A stretch of DNA of 64,000 nt from an uncultured Chloroflexia bacterium (GCA_963743255.1 CAVUPD010000001.1:25025-89024); one strand, 5' to 3'. Positions 20,469 to 30,869 are shown, counted from the first letter of the stretch. Numbers and translations: made by a program. Notes: generated by a model from the sequence alone, not told the origin.

Positions 20469-22055
20469 CTATGGGAGAGGCAGCTCCCCGCCCTCGTACA
20501 CCCACAAGTCGAACAGGTCCTCCAAGTCGCATTCGCAGGTCGCTTCGGCCGTCGCCTGGAACGCCCGCGCCGTAGCGAAGCCGTAGCGGTAGCTTGTGAA
20601 ATAGGTTTGCAGGAAGGTCCGGAAGCCGGGCTCTCCCAGTTGGCCCCGGAGCGCATCGAAGAACAGTGCACCCTTGAGATACACGAACACGGCGTAGTCC
20701 CGCTCGCTCGGATACTCACCCACCCCCTGGCCGATCGGCGTTTCCGTCCGCCCGAAGGCGCGCAGGATCCTCCGGTCATCGTCCAGCAGGCGGGTGGCCG
20801 TCCGCACATCGCCAACGGCCTCGTAGTACAGCGTCTCCAGGTACGATGCCGCGCCTTCATCCAGCCAGGGCTCGAGGAGCTGGTCGTTGCCGATCAGCGC
20901 GTAGAACCATTGGTGGGCAACCTCATGGATGACCACGTCGTCGTCCGCCCGATCCCCCACGACGCCGATGAAGATCAGCCCGGGGTACTCGATCCCACCG
21001 AAGGCCCCCGGTGCGTCGATCACATCCAGCTCATCATAGGGATACGGACCGATCCAGGCCTCGAATGCCTGGAGGGCACGCGCCGCCGTCTCGGCCAGCG
21101 ATTCGGCCTGCGCCGCATGCTCCGGCAGCACCCAGGCACGGGCGACGACCGCACCGGCTTGCGCCTGAGCCGTGACAAACGGGCCCAGGGCGAAGGCAAA
21201 GTCGCGGACCGGGCCGCTGACGTAATGGACGACGACCGTCCCGTCGGACGCGGGTGTCCGCCCGAGCTCGATACCGGTGGCAACCAACGTCAGCTCCTCC
21301 GGAACGGTCAGTTGGACGTCGTAGAACGCGATGTCGGTGTTCGTGGTGTCACCCCCGGGCGGCGCGGGCATGACCTGCCACTCGCCGTTCGGCGTCAGCC
21401 TCGGGACGAGAGGGTAGAACGTGGGAGCCAGCAGCATTCCCTCCGAGACGCCGAAGCGTTTGGGGGAGGCCAGGGTGATCGGGTCGGTGGTGACAACGCG
21501 GAACGAGACCGTCAGATCGACCACCTCGCCTGGAGCGAGCGGCTGGCCCAGCAGCACACGCAGCCCGACGCCCTCCGTCTCGGCCTCGGGGATCACCACG
21601 CGGCCGTCCACGACTGCCGGCCCGGCCTGCATCTCGGCGGCGTACTGCTCGTCATTCGGCCATAGCATCAGGGATAAATCCGTGAGCGGGCGGTCGAGCG
21701 GATTGGTGTAGCGGATGCGCACTTGCCCCTCGATCACGGCGCGCGTGACGGCCGCGTCGAGCGTGACACTCGCCGTGATCCAGTAGCGTGTGGCGGTGGG
21801 GAAATTCGCGGCGTCAGAAGCGAACGCCTCGAGCAGCGCCAGGGCCTGGGCTTCTTCGTTCAGCCAATCGACTTCCGGCGTCGGGGGTGCGGGGGAAGTG
21901 GCGACCTGGGTGGAGGCAGCCGGCGGTTCGGGCGTCCCAGTCGATGGGAGGGCAGTCGAGGAGGGCTGCACCCGGGTGAGCAGCGGGGACGGGACCAGCG
22001 AACAGCTCACGCACAGCACGAGCAGCAGGGCAGCATGCGTCGCACGCATCCTCAC
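20469..22055 (-). CDS. M1 family zinc metallopeptidase, lipoprotein/secreted
   Basis: Intact 528 aa. VIHEVAHQWFYALIGNDQLLEPWLDEGAASY (HEXXH-X18-E). N-terminal MRMRATHAALLLVLCVSCS signal. Confidence 0.85.
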   Translation of the reverse strand: MRMRATHAALLLVLCVSCSLVPSPLLTRVQPSSTALPSTGTPEPPAASTQVATSPAPPTPEVDWLNEEAQALALLEAFASDAANFPTATRYWITASVTLDAAVTRAVIEGQVRIRYTNPLDRPLTDLSLMLWPNDEQYAAEMQAGPAVVDGRVVIPEAETEGVGLRVLLGQPLAPGEVVDLTVSFRVVTTDPITLASPKRFGVSEGMLLAPTFYPLVPRLTPNGEWQVMPAPPGGDTTNTDIAFYDVQLTVPEELTLVATGIELGRTPASDGTVVVHYVSGPVRDFAFALGPFVTAQAQAGAVVARAWVLPEHAAQAESLAETAARALQAFEAWIGPYPYDELDVIDAPGAFGGIEYPGLIFIGVVGDRADDDVVIHEVAHQWFYALIGNDQLLEPWLDEGAASYLETLYYEAVGDVRTATRLLDDDRRILRAFGRTETPIGQGVGEYPSERDYAVFVYLKGALFFDALRGQLGEPGFRTFLQTYFTSYRYGFATARAFQATAEATCECDLEDLFDLWVYEGGELPLP

Positions 22056-22098
22056 CTCCCGCAGCCTGAATGGGCAAGGGGCGTCGCCGGGACGCCCC

Positions 22099-22175
22099 TG
22101 GTGGGCGGAACAGGACTCGAACCTGCGACCCCTTCTGTGTAAGAGAAGTGCTCTAACCAGCTGAGCTATCCGCCC
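22099..22175 (-). tRNA. tRNA-Val (anticodon UAC), CCA encoded
   Basis: Minus strand: GGGCGGA-TA-GCTC-AGCTGGTTA-GAGC-A-CTTCT-CTTACAC-AGAAG-GGGTC-GCAGG-TTCGAGT-CCTGT-TCCGCCC-ACCA. Cloverleaf folded by hand; anticodon loop is CT-TAC-AC. Confidence 0.9.
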
Positions 22176-22183
22176 GCGTCGGC

Positions 22184-22212
22184 ATTATAGCCGCCCGACA
22201 GGGTCGGGTCAA
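22184..22212 (-). promoter_or_regulatory. sigma-70 promoter of tRNA-Val
   Basis: Minus strand reads TTGACC (22212-22207), 17 nt spacer, TATAAT (22189-22184), ending 8 nt before the mature tRNA 5' end. Confidence 0.6.
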
Positions 22213-22280
22213 CGCGCCCGCGCTGCGTCCGACCGCCCGACTTCCTAGAGCCTCGGAGGTCTGACGGTCTGCAAGCCGAA

Positions 22281-22309
22281 TTGCGTTACAGGACGTGCTG
22301 TGCTACAGT
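22281..22309 (+). promoter_or_regulatory. candidate promoter of the RpiR-family gene
   Basis: TTGCGT (22281-22286), 17 nt spacer, TACAGT (22304-22309), about 45 nt upstream of ATG 22356. Confidence 0.4.
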
Positions 22310-22355
22310 CCGTGGCCCCGGGGGTTCCCACCCCGACCCCATCTGGAGTGGCAGG

Positions 22356-23190
22356 ATGGCCACCTACGAAGAGCGCATCCGCGAAGTACGCGGCGGGCTG
22401 TCCCCCAGCTTCGTCCGCCTGGCCGATTACCTGCTCAATTCTTACGCCGAGGCTTCCTTCCTCACCGCGACCGAGCTCGCCCACACGCTCGACCTCGATC
22501 CGGCGACGGTCGTCCGCTTCGCCCAACGACTGGGCTACCCGGGGTATCCCGAACTGCAGCGCGAAATCCGTCAGAAGGTGAAGGACCAGCTCCTTGCCCG
22601 CCCGCAAGCGGAGCCCGGGACCGCGGAGGCAGCTTGTGACGCCGCGCTGCTCGAGGTCTCGCAGGCGCTTGATCTGACGCGCCGCGGGTTCCCGAGCCAG
22701 GCAGCGCAAGGCCTCCTCGAACGCCCTCGACGGCGCCAAGCGCATCGTCGTCCTGGCCGAAGGGCTGGCCTATTCGCCGGCGCGCACGCTGGCGGCCTGG
22801 CTCGAGTCGGCCGGGTTCGCCATCGCCATCGCCGGCAACGGTGTGCCGGAGATGGCACGCGCGGTGGCCGGTGTCCGCAAGGGCGATCTTCTGTTGACGG
22901 TGATCGTTGACGAACAGACCCCGTTCATTGCCCGGGCGATGGCCGAAGCCCGCGCCTCCGGCGTCCGTACGGCGGCGCTCGTCGCCTCACCTTCCGCCCA
23001 GGCCGCCCAGCATGCCGACCTGCTGCTCACGGCGCACGCCAGCCCGGAACCTGCGGTGGGAACCATCCTCATCCAGGCGCTGGTCTACGGCCTGGTGCGT
23101 ATGCTCCTGCACGCCCGCCCCGGGCTGTTCCGGCCGGTCCAGGAGCGCGTGAAGGACATGACCCACCGCCTGCTGGAAGGCGGCCGCTAG
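22356..23190 (+). CDS. MurR/RpiR family transcriptional regulator (HTH + SIS domain; 1 frameshift near 22720)
   Basis: MATYEERIREVRGGLSPSFVRLADYLLNSYAEASFLTATELAHTLDLDPATVVRFAQRLGYPGYPELQREI (RpiR HTH). It then continues in another frame: KRIVVLAEGLAYSPARTLAAWLESAGF...GDLLLTVIVDEQTPFIARAMAEARASGVRTAALV (SIS). Confidence 0.75.
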
Positions 23191-23261
23191 CCCTCGATGT
23201 CCGGACGACCCGTCTACCCTGCCGCGTGTCCCCCATCCATCTCGTCTGACGCAACCGCTCC

Positions 23262-23927
23262 ATGATCGTGTTGATCCTGAGCCTCGTGCTCGTCGCGGCG
23301 CTGTTGGTCTGGGAGTTGTGGATCTGTGAAGGCGCACATCTGGGCCGACGCTTTGTCGTCTCGATGTACGACCTGGCCGCCGATCGCTACGACTCGATCA
23401 AGCACTTCGACCCCGACTGGGAGCGGCGCTTCCTGGGCGAGGCGCTGGCCGGCGCCATCGGCTCCCTGCCCGGGGCGCGGCTCCTGGATGTTGGCGCCGG
23501 CACCGGCCGCACCGGCCGCGCTCTGCTCCCGGCGACGGATCTCGACGGGCTGCTGGTGTGCCTGGAGCCCTCACGTCGGATGCTTTCCCTCGGCCGCCGT
23601 CTCACGGCCGATCCCGCCGTGGCCTGGGTCCGCGGGTGGGCGCTGCCGCTCCCATTTCCGGAGGCAACATTCGACTTCGTCGTCTCGCTCGAGATGCTCG
23701 AATTCACCCCGAACCCACGGCGAACGGTGCAGGAACTCGTGCGGGTGCTGCGCCCCGGCGGCTGGCTGTTGATCACCAACCGGGTGAGCCGCGACGCCCG
23801 CTGGATCTTCGGCCGCACCGTTCGGCGCAAGGACTTTCCCGCGTTCCTGGAATCTGTCGGCCTGGACGATATCGACGTCCTGCCCTGGCAGGTCGATTAT
23901 GATTTGGCGTGGGCGCACAAGGCCTGA
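23262..23927 (+). CDS. class I SAM-dependent methyltransferase with N-terminal TM helix
   Basis: Intact 221 aa. LLDVGAGTGRTGRALL (motif I) and VLRPGGWLLITNRV. N-terminal MIVLILSLVLVAALLVWELWI. Confidence 0.75.
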   Translation: MIVLILSLVLVAALLVWELWICEGAHLGRRFVVSMYDLAADRYDSIKHFDPDWERRFLGEALAGAIGSLPGARLLDVGAGTGRTGRALLPATDLDGLLVCLEPSRRMLSLGRRLTADPAVAWVRGWALPLPFPEATFDFVVSLEMLEFTPNPRRTVQELVRVLRPGGWLLITNRVSRDARWIFGRTVRRKDFPAFLESVGLDDIDVLPWQVDYDLAWAHKA

Positions 23928-23948
23928 AGCGCCCGTCGGGAGATCTGC

Positions 23949-24737
23949 ATGAGAATCATCCGCTTCCGCGAACACCCGGAGGCCTGGCCGGCGTGGGGTT
24001 GGGTGTCCGAGGACCGCGTGGGGCTGATCGCCGGCTCGCCGTTCAGCGATTTCCGGCGCGAGTCGGCTGAGCGCCCTCTGGCCTCCGTCCAGCTCCTCCC
24101 GCCGGTCGTCCCGGGGAAGATCATCTGCGTCGGCCGCAACTACGCCGCGCACGCCGCCGAGCATGCCGCCGAGATCCCGGCCTTGCCCCTGCTGTTCTCC
24201 AAGCCCCCGAGTGCGGTCATCGGCCCGGGCGAACCGATCGTGCTTCCCCCGCAGTCGAAGCGCGTGGAGCACGAGGCCGAGCTGGGGGTGGTGATCGGCC
24301 AGCGGGCGCGCTGGATCAGTCCCGAGGAAGCCTCCGGCTACATCCTCGGCTACACCGCGGCCAACGACGTGACCGCCCGAGACCTGCAGGAGAGCGATGG
24401 GCAGTGGACGCGCGCCAAGGGCTTCGATACCTTCTGCCCTCTCGGACCGTGGATCGACACACATCTCGACCCGTCGGACCTCCTGGTGACCTGTCACGTC
24501 AACGGGCAGCTGCGCCAGATGGCGTCGACCCGCGACATGGTCTTCCCGGTCCCGCAGCTGGTGGCTTACATCTCCTCCATCATGACCCTCGAGCCCGGCG
24601 ACCTGCTGCTGACCGGGACGCCCTCGGGCGTCGGGCTGCTCTCCGCCGGCGACGAGGTCCAGGTGGAGATCGAAGGCCTGGGCCTGCTGACCAATCCGGT
24701 GCGCAATGATCCGCACCGAGGATCATCCACTTCCTGA
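23949..24737 (+). CDS. fumarylacetoacetate hydrolase (FAH) family protein
   Basis: Intact 262 aa. KIICVGRNYAAHAAE...HEAELGVVIG...GYTAANDVTARDLQ...WTRAKGFDTFCPLGPW...LEPGDLLLTGTPSGVG. Confidence 0.85.
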   Translation: MRIIRFREHPEAWPAWGWVSEDRVGLIAGSPFSDFRRESAERPLASVQLLPPVVPGKIICVGRNYAAHAAEHAAEIPALPLLFSKPPSAVIGPGEPIVLPPQSKRVEHEAELGVVIGQRARWISPEEASGYILGYTAANDVTARDLQESDGQWTRAKGFDTFCPLGPWIDTHLDPSDLLVTCHVNGQLRQMASTRDMVFPVPQLVAYISSIMTLEPGDLLLTGTPSGVGLLSAGDEVQVEIEGLGLLTNPVRNDPHRGSSTS

Positions 24738-24752
24738 TCGCTGGAGGCCGTC

Positions 24753-25307
24753 ATGGGGCTGAAGCCCGATACCTGGATCGTGCGCATGGCGCGTGAACAT
24801 CGCATGATCGAACCCTTCGTCGAGGACCAGGTCCGAGACGGGGTGATTTCTTACGGCGTGTCGTCCTACGGCTACGACATCCGGGTGGCCGACGAGTTCA
24901 AGATCTTCACCAATGTCTACTCGGCCGTGGTCGATCCCAAGCACTTCGACCCGAAGTCGATGATCGACTTCAAGGGCGAGATCTGCGTCATCCCGCCCAA
25001 TTCGTTCGCGCTGGCGCGCACGGTCGAGTACTTCCGCATCCCGCGCAGCGTGCTGACCGTGTGCCTGGGCAAGTCGACCTACGCCCGCTGCGGGATCATC
25101 GTCAACGTGACGCCCTTCGAGCCGGAGTGGGAGGGCTTCGTCACGCTGGAGATCTCCAACACCACGCCCCTCCCCGCCCGCATCTACGCCAACGAGGGGA
25201 TCGCCCAGGTGCTGTTCTTCGAAGCCGACGAGGTGTGTCGCACGTCGTACGCCGACAAGAAGGGCAAGTACCAGGCGCAGAAGACCATCGCCCTGCCGCG
25301 GCTGTAA
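24753..25307 (+). CDS. dcd: dCTP deaminase
   Basis: Intact 184 aa. [21 protein letters not shown]...[52 protein letters not shown]. Confidence 0.9.
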   Translation: MGLKPDTWIVRMAREHRMIEPFVEDQVRDGVISYGVSSYGYDIRVADEFKIFTNVYSAVVDPKHFDPKSMIDFKGEICVIPPNSFALARTVEYFRIPRSVLTVCLGKSTYARCGIIVNVTPFEPEWEGFVTLEISNTTPLPARIYANEGIAQVLFFEADEVCRTSYADKKGKYQAQKTIALPRL

Positions 25308-25326
25308 GCCGAGACGGTCGCGCGAA

Positions 25327-26534
25327 GTGACGGCCCCCACCCCAGCCACCGCCACGAAGACCCTCTCCGCACTGTGGCGCGCCGTCTTCCTGGTCTCCTT
25401 CCCATTCGGCATCCTGGCCTTCGTCCTGCCGATCTACGGGCGCGAGTTGGGCGCTTCGGCCCTCGAGGTAGGCGCCTTCTTCTCCGCCTTCTCGATCGTC
25501 CCCGTGGTGGTGCGGCCGCTCCTCGGACGCGCGCTCGACCGGTGGGGCCGCCGCCCGTTCCTGCTCGCCGGCCTGGCCGGATACCTGGCAGCCGTGCTGG
25601 CCTTCGCCTTCGCCACTTCGGTCTGGATGCTGACCCTGGCGCGCTTCCTCCAGGGGATCGGCGCCGCCTTCCTGTGGTTGACGGCCTTCACCATGCTGGC
25701 CGACCTGGCGACCGTCGGACGGGCGCGGGCTGAGCTTCGGGCTGATCGATGAGGCGACGAATCGCGGGGCGATCCTCGGAACGACTCTCGGCTTCACGCT
25801 CATTTTCACTCTCCAGCGCGGCGGGGACATGGACTGGCGGCGCGTGTGGTGGATCCTGTTCGCCGTCTACGGCGTGACGACGATCGCCGCCCTCGTCACC
25901 GCCTGGCGCGGGGCGCGCGAAACGCGTCCGTCGACGCCGGGCAATGCTCCAACCTCACGCGCCGTGAGCCGCCGCCTGCTCACGCTGATGGGCATCGTCT
26001 TCGTGACCGGCGCATCGGGCGCCATGGTCTGGCCGATGCTGATGATCTTCCTGCAGGACTCGCTGCATGCCCAGGTCGATGGACTGGCCCTGGCCTATCT
26101 GCCGGCCGCGCTGATCAGCTCGTTCCTGCCTTCGCGGATGGGGATCGTCTCCGATCGGTTTGGGCGGCGGAAGCCGATGATCCTCGGTCTGCTGGTCGGC
26201 GCAGCCGCCTCGGCCCTCATCCCGCACCTGCGATCGCTGGCGGCGCTGGCCGGGCTGTGGGCGGTCGAATCGGCTGGGCTATGCCGCCTCGATCCCGGCG
26301 GAACGGGCGTTCGTGGCCGACATCGCCGGCGAAGATGTCCGCGGGACGAGCTACGGCCTGTACACCTTCGCCTACTTCCTGGGATCGGCGATCGGTCCGC
26401 TGGCCGGGGGCTGGATGTACGACCAGGTCAGCCCGGCGATGCCCTTCTACTTGAACACGGCCGTCCTGGCCTTCGGTGCATTCCTGGTGGCCGTGGCGCT
26501 GCGCGAGCCGGCCCGCGCCATCAAACCGGCCTGA
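25327..26534 (+). CDS. MFS transporter (at least 2 frameshifts near 25730 and 26290)
   Basis: Three frame pieces: 25327..25752 (RPLLGRALDRWGRRPFLLAG, MFS motif A-like), 25829 onward (WRRVWWILFAVYG...SRMGIVSDRFGRRKPMILG) and 26313..26534 (TSYGLYTFAYFLGSAIGPLAGGWMYD). Confidence 0.7.
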
Positions 26535-26644
26535 CAGGTGTCCTCACCACCGGCCACGTCTTGGCTTACGCGACCGGGACATACACGGCCGGGCAGCGCG
26601 CTGCGCGGCGGACGTTGGAGGAATGGATAGATGGATCACAAGCG

Positions 26645-27520
26645 ATGACCGACAAGAGCGAGCCTGCCGGCGCCGACCCGGCGGTCCTGCTGCTGTGTGA
26701 TGACTTCTTTGTGATCCCGCGACTTCAGGACGCAGCGCGCGCGGCCGGGCTCACGCCGGTCATTATCGATCACCCGCAGGCGCTCGATGCCGAAGGGGAT
26801 CCCGCCCCGCGCCGGGTTCCGATCACCGAGCCGCTGGAGGGCAGCGATGCCCGTTTCCTGCGCGGCGTGATCGATCAGCAGCCAGCGCTGATGGTCTTCG
26901 ACCTTAGCTCCTCGGCCTTGCCCTGGGCTCGATGGATCCAGATCCTGACCACCTCAGCCGCCACGCGTCGGATCCCGCTGCTGGCATTCGGCCCTCATGT
27001 CGACGAGCGCAGCCTGCAGCGCGCCCGCGAGCTGGGCGCCTGGAAGGTCCTGCCTCGCGGCGCATTTCTGGGCGCTCTTCCCGGCCTGATGGCCGAACAT
27101 GCCGTGCGACCCGATCGGGCGGCGATCGAGGCCGCCTGCGACGGGGAGCTGGATGCCCGCGTGGTGGAGGGGATCCGTCTGGTGCGGGCCGGGAATTACT
27201 TCGCCGCGCACGAGCATCTTGAGGCCGCCGTTCTGAGCACGGACGGTCCGGACTCTGCGCTCTACCGCGTCTTACTCCAGGTGGCCGTTGCCTACCTACA
27301 CCTCGAACGCGGCAATCTGCGCGGGGCGCGCAAGATGCTTCTCCGCTTGCGCAGCTGGCTGGCGCCTCTTCCCGCCGTGTGCCGCGGTGTCGACCTCGCG
27401 CAGCTTCGGGAGGATTTGAATACCCTCCAGGCGGCACTCGACGCGGCCTCGAGCGAAGCGCCGATCCCGATCCCGGCCGGCCTGCGGCGCCCGATCCCGC
27501 TTAGGGACGCCTCCGACTAG
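26645..27520 (+). CDS. receiver-like (CheY-fold) domain fused to a DUF309 domain, hypothetical
   Basis: Tail of ORF 25829..27520 from MTDKSEPAGADPAVLLLCDDFFV...ALMVFDLSS...PLLAFGPHVD...AWKVLPRG (receiver-like acidic pocket, D and K). C-terminal part: YFAAHEHLEAAVL...LYRVLLQVAVAYLHLERGNLRGARKML, which matches the DUF309 pattern as I recall it. The start codon choice is uncertain. Confidence 0.55.
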   Translation: MTDKSEPAGADPAVLLLCDDFFVIPRLQDAARAAGLTPVIIDHPQALDAEGDPAPRRVPITEPLEGSDARFLRGVIDQQPALMVFDLSSSALPWARWIQILTTSAATRRIPLLAFGPHVDERSLQRARELGAWKVLPRGAFLGALPGLMAEHAVRPDRAAIEAACDGELDARVVEGIRLVRAGNYFAAHEHLEAAVLSTDGPDSALYRVLLQVAVAYLHLERGNLRGARKMLLRLRSWLAPLPAVCRGVDLAQLREDLNTLQAALDAASSEAPIPIPAGLRRPIPLRDASD

Positions 27521-27610
27521 TCCCTCACCTTCGGCCCGATCCTTGACTCTCCATCTCTTCGACACGACGACCTGACAGGTGGCTTTACCGCCCGTCAGGT
27601 AGGTCTGCAC

Positions 27611-27649
27611 AACGACATGACACGTGGCGTCGCCACGTGTCATGTCGTT
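27611..27649. repeat. 39-nt perfect palindrome (REP-like, bidirectional terminator candidate) between convergent genes
   Basis: AACGACATGACACGTGGCG-T-CGCCACGTGTCATGTCGTT. A related imperfect hairpin, CCTGACAGG...CCCGTCAGG, sits at ~27571-27600. Confidence 0.6.
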
Positions 27650-27704
27650 CATCCGATGTGCACGCGTGAGGTATAGACGCCGCTGGGCGCCGTGTCCGAC
27701 CCCG

Positions 27705-28826
27705 TTACACGGTGAACTTACCCGAGTCGTAGAACAGATCACCGTCCACCAGGATCTGCCCACCCTGGCGCATGTCGCAGATCAGGTCCCAGTGAATCGC
27801 GCTGTGGTTCTTCGAGCCCGTCTCGGGATATCCGGCGCCGAGTGCCAGGTGGAAGGAGCCGGCGATCTTCTCGTCGAACAGGATGTCCTTGGTGAAGCGG
27901 TTGATGCGCGCGTTGTTGCCGATGGCCCACTCGCCCAGGTAACGCGACCCGGCATCCGTGTCCAGCCCGCTGAGCAGGAAGGCTTCATTCTTGGCGGCGG
28001 TCGCCCGCACGACCCGGCCGCGCTCGAAGGTCAGCTCGATGCCGTCGACCTCGATCCCGTCGGCGACCGCCGGATAGGTGAAGCGCACCGTGCCCTCGAC
28101 CGAGTCTTCCACCGGGCCGGTGTAGATCTCCCCGTCGGGCATGTTGAACAGGCCGCACGAGTTGACGAAGGTGCGCCCGTCGATCGACAGGCGCAGGTCG
28201 GCGTTCGGCCCGCGCACCACGACCTGCTTCCGGCCCCGCAGCCACTCGACCAACCGCGCCTGTTCGTCGCGCTGCTGCCGCCAACGCGCGGCGGCGTCCG
28301 GCTCGTCGGCGTACATGCCGGCGAAGACGAACCGCTCGTAGTCCTCCAGGCTCATCTCGGCGTCCTGCGCCAGCGCCGCCGTAGGGAACAGGCTGAAGCA
28401 CCAGCGCAGTTCGCCCCGGGCGCTCCGCTGGCGGAAGAGGTCCTGCAAGGGAAGATGGGCGCGGTTGCGGATCGCCCTCCGTTCGTTATCGACCCCGGCC
28501 AGGCTGCGCGTGTTCTCACGGCTGCGCAGGACGATCATCGCCTCGAATTCGCCGCGCAGCATCGATTCGATGCGCGAAACATGCTCAAGCTGGTCGTCGT
28601 TAGCTTCGGTCAGGAAGACGTCGTCGAAACCGAAGTAGCCGATGTAGGTGTCGTAGCCCATCAGCGGATATGGGTAGGCGCCGGCGCGCAGCACCTGGCG
28701 CACGATCTCGCGCACCAGCGGCGTGGCCAACGGCGAGGCGACCACGGCGACATGATCGCCCGGCTTGACCTCGGTCGAGTAGTTCACCAGAACGCGGGCC
28801 AACTGCTCCAGGCGCGGGTCGGGCAT
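27705..28826 (-). CDS. M29 family aminopeptidase (AmpS/PepS-like)
   Basis: Intact 373 aa. NMPDGEIYTGPVEDSVEGTVRFTYPA...GEWAIGNN...KDILFDEKIAGSFHLALGAGYPETGSKNHSAIHWDLICDM. Confidence 0.85.
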   Translation of the reverse strand: MPDPRLEQLARVLVNYSTEVKPGDHVAVVASPLATPLVREIVRQVLRAGAYPYPLMGYDTYIGYFGFDDVFLTEANDDQLEHVSRIESMLRGEFEAMIVLRSRENTRSLAGVDNERRAIRNRAHLPLQDLFRQRSARGELRWCFSLFPTAALAQDAEMSLEDYERFVFAGMYADEPDAAARWRQQRDEQARLVEWLRGRKQVVVRGPNADLRLSIDGRTFVNSCGLFNMPDGEIYTGPVEDSVEGTVRFTYPAVADGIEVDGIELTFERGRVVRATAAKNEAFLLSGLDTDAGSRYLGEWAIGNNARINRFTKDILFDEKIAGSFHLALGAGYPETGSKNHSAIHWDLICDMRQGGQILVDGDLFYDSGKFTV

Positions 28827-28892
28827 CGGACGATTCTCCTGGCGGCGCGCGGCCGCCTCAGTGGTTTGAGGTTATCGCCAAGATCTGCCCGA

Positions 28893-30368
28893 TCAGGGGA
28901 CGGACAGGGTGCAGCCGCCGGTGAAGACCAGATCGACGCGCAGCAGCAGGTCGATCTCGGGCCAGGTGAAGACCAGGGTGAAGTCTTTCCCGCTCTGGTC
29001 GGCGACGTGCGTCCGCTCGTCGCGCGGGATGGAGAATGCCGCGTCTCCGGTGATCAAGACGCCGGGAGGCGGCAGGATCGTCTGACCGCCCATCCGCACC
29101 TCGGTCAGCGGGTTGCGGTCCTCCCACTTTAGGACCGGAATGCCCTCCAGGTAGAGCTCCGCGCCGGTGGCGTTGTCGATCGTCCACGTCGCCCTGGCGC
29201 CGTCGCGCTGGAATCCGATAAGCTGGAGCATTGGACATGTGTCCGAGACAATCGCCGTGGGGATGGGCGTCGGCTCAGGGCTCGGGCTTGGCGCGAGGGC
29301 GGCGACAGGCGCGGTCACAGGGGATTCGGCCGGCGCCGTGACCACCGGCGGGCTGGTCCCACCGGAGCCGGTGCCATTCAGCGCCGGCCATGCAAGGGCG
29401 GTCGCCAGGCCCACCACGGCGACGCCCAGGACGCCGATCAGGGCCCAGCCGAGGCGAGTCCCGGTGCGTCGAGGCGACTGCACACGTCCTACAGCCTCAC
29501 GCCGCGGCGCCGGGATGACCTGCGTCGCCTCACCTTCTGCCTCACCGCCGCCCATCAGCGCCGCCTGGTACGCGGCGTTGAGCGCCGCCACGTTCGGAAA
29601 GCGCTCCTCCGGGTCTTTGGCCATGGCCTTGGCGATCACGCGCTCGAGCGCCGGAGAGGCGTCCTTGTTGAACCGCCGCAGTGGGGGCAGCGGTTCCTGA
29701 ATATGCATTAAGACAGTGCCCATTGGAGAATCGCCCTCGAACGGCAGCCGCCCGGCGGCGATCTGGTACAGGATGACGCCGAGCGCGTACTGATCCGAGC
29801 GCGCGTCGAGCATCTGCCCGCGCCCCTGCTCGGGCGAGACGTACGCCGGCGTGCCCATCAGCATCGACCCGGTCAGGGAATGCGAGCCTTCGACCAGCCG
29901 CGCCAGGCCGAAGTCGGTCAGGAGTGCGTTCCCCGTGCGGCTGATCATCACATTCGCCGGCTTGATGTCGCGGTGGATCACGCCCTGATCGTGCGCGAAC
30001 TGCAGGGCGTCAGACACCTGGCCGATCCACCGGGACAGGTCCGGGACGGACAGCTTCTGCTGGGTCAGGCGATCGTGGAGCGTGTCGCCCAGCACCAGGG
30101 GCATGACCAGGTAGACGACGCCCTTAGCCTCGCCGTAGTCGGTGACCGGAACGATGTTGGGATGGCGCAATCGGAAGAGCAGTCCGGCCTCGCGACGGAA
30201 GCGCCGGACGAAGCGCTTGTCGGACGAGATGGTCGGCGAGAGGGCCTTGACCGCCACCTCCTGCTGCGTGCGGGTGTCGACGGCGCGGTAGACGGTCGAC
30301 ATGCCGCCCTGGCCGATCTGATCGACCAAGCGGTACGAGTTGAGCGTCGTTCCCACCAGTCCGGGCAT
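28893..30368 (-). CDS. membrane-anchored Ser/Thr protein kinase
   Basis: Intact 491 aa. GQGGMSTVYRAVD...VAVKAL, HRDIKPANVMI, DFGLAR, GTPAYVSPEQ. One TM helix (LGWALIGVLGVAVVGLATALAW) and a ~150-aa C-terminal ectodomain. Confidence 0.9.
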   Translation of the reverse strand: MPGLVGTTLNSYRLVDQIGQGGMSTVYRAVDTRTQQEVAVKALSPTISSDKRFVRRFRREAGLLFRLRHPNIVPVTDYGEAKGVVYLVMPLVLGDTLHDRLTQQKLSVPDLSRWIGQVSDALQFAHDQGVIHRDIKPANVMISRTGNALLTDFGLARLVEGSHSLTGSMLMGTPAYVSPEQGRGQMLDARSDQYALGVILYQIAAGRLPFEGDSPMGTVLMHIQEPLPPLRRFNKDASPALERVIAKAMAKDPEERFPNVAALNAAYQAALMGGGEAEGEATQVIPAPRREAVGRVQSPRRTGTRLGWALIGVLGVAVVGLATALAWPALNGTGSGGTSPPVVTAPAESPVTAPVAALAPSPSPEPTPIPTAIVSDTCPMLQLIGFQRDGARATWTIDNATGAELYLEGIPVLKWEDRNPLTEVRMGGQTILPPPGVLITGDAAFSIPRDERTHVADQSGKDFTLVFTWPEIDLLLRVDLVFTGGCTLSVP

Positions 30369-30449
30369 TCCGCGCTCCTCCGCTTCAGGCAGAATCGCCT
30401 GACTCTATCATGGAAGGCGCACGGGTCAGAGGGGGAGGAAGGTCAGGCC

Positions 30450-30869
30450 CTAGGGCAGGACGAATTCTTCGACCTGCTGGCCGTTGACGAAGACGGCGAA
30501 CGAGCCGCGTTCGAAGGAGCCGATCGGAATCGTCTCCGCGTACGACGCCAGCACCTGGACGCAAGCCGTCCCGGTCGGTTGATCCGTGAACAGCGCCACC
30601 TCGATCCGTCCCTGATCGTCCCCCGGCTTCACAGCCCAGCCGAGGCGGGCGCAGGGATTGGGAAGATCACCCGCTATGAAGAGCCGCACCTGAACGGGGA
30701 AGCTCTCGAGCAGGAGGAGGTCGGTCTCCGCGGGCGTGAGCGCGGTGCGAACCATGCCGGGTTCCACCGTGGGCGCCAGGGAGACAGGTCCGGGCTGCCC
30801 GCCGCATCCGCTGACCAACAACGGGAGAGCAAGGCTAATCGCCACCAGCCAGCGATGGGGGTTCATCAT
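30450..30869 (-). CDS. hypothetical lipoprotein
   Basis: MMNPHRWLVAISLALPLLVSGC (lipobox). 139 aa intact. Lies directly upstream of the kinase gene on the same strand. Confidence 0.6.
   Translation of the reverse strand: MMNPHRWLVAISLALPLLVSGCGGQPGPVSLAPTVEPGMVRTALTPAETDLLLLESFPVQVRLFIAGDLPNPCARLGWAVKPGDDQGRIEVALFTDQPTGTACVQVLASYAETIPIGSFERGSFAVFVNGQQVEEFVLP

Noticed and set aside
23571-24716. 381-aa minus-strand ORF.
   Set aside because: It is antisense to the methyltransferase and FAH-family genes, which have clear motifs and RBSs.
27624-29132. 502-aa + strand ORF.
   Set aside because: It is antisense to the M29 aminopeptidase and the kinase 3' end, with no recognisable motifs.
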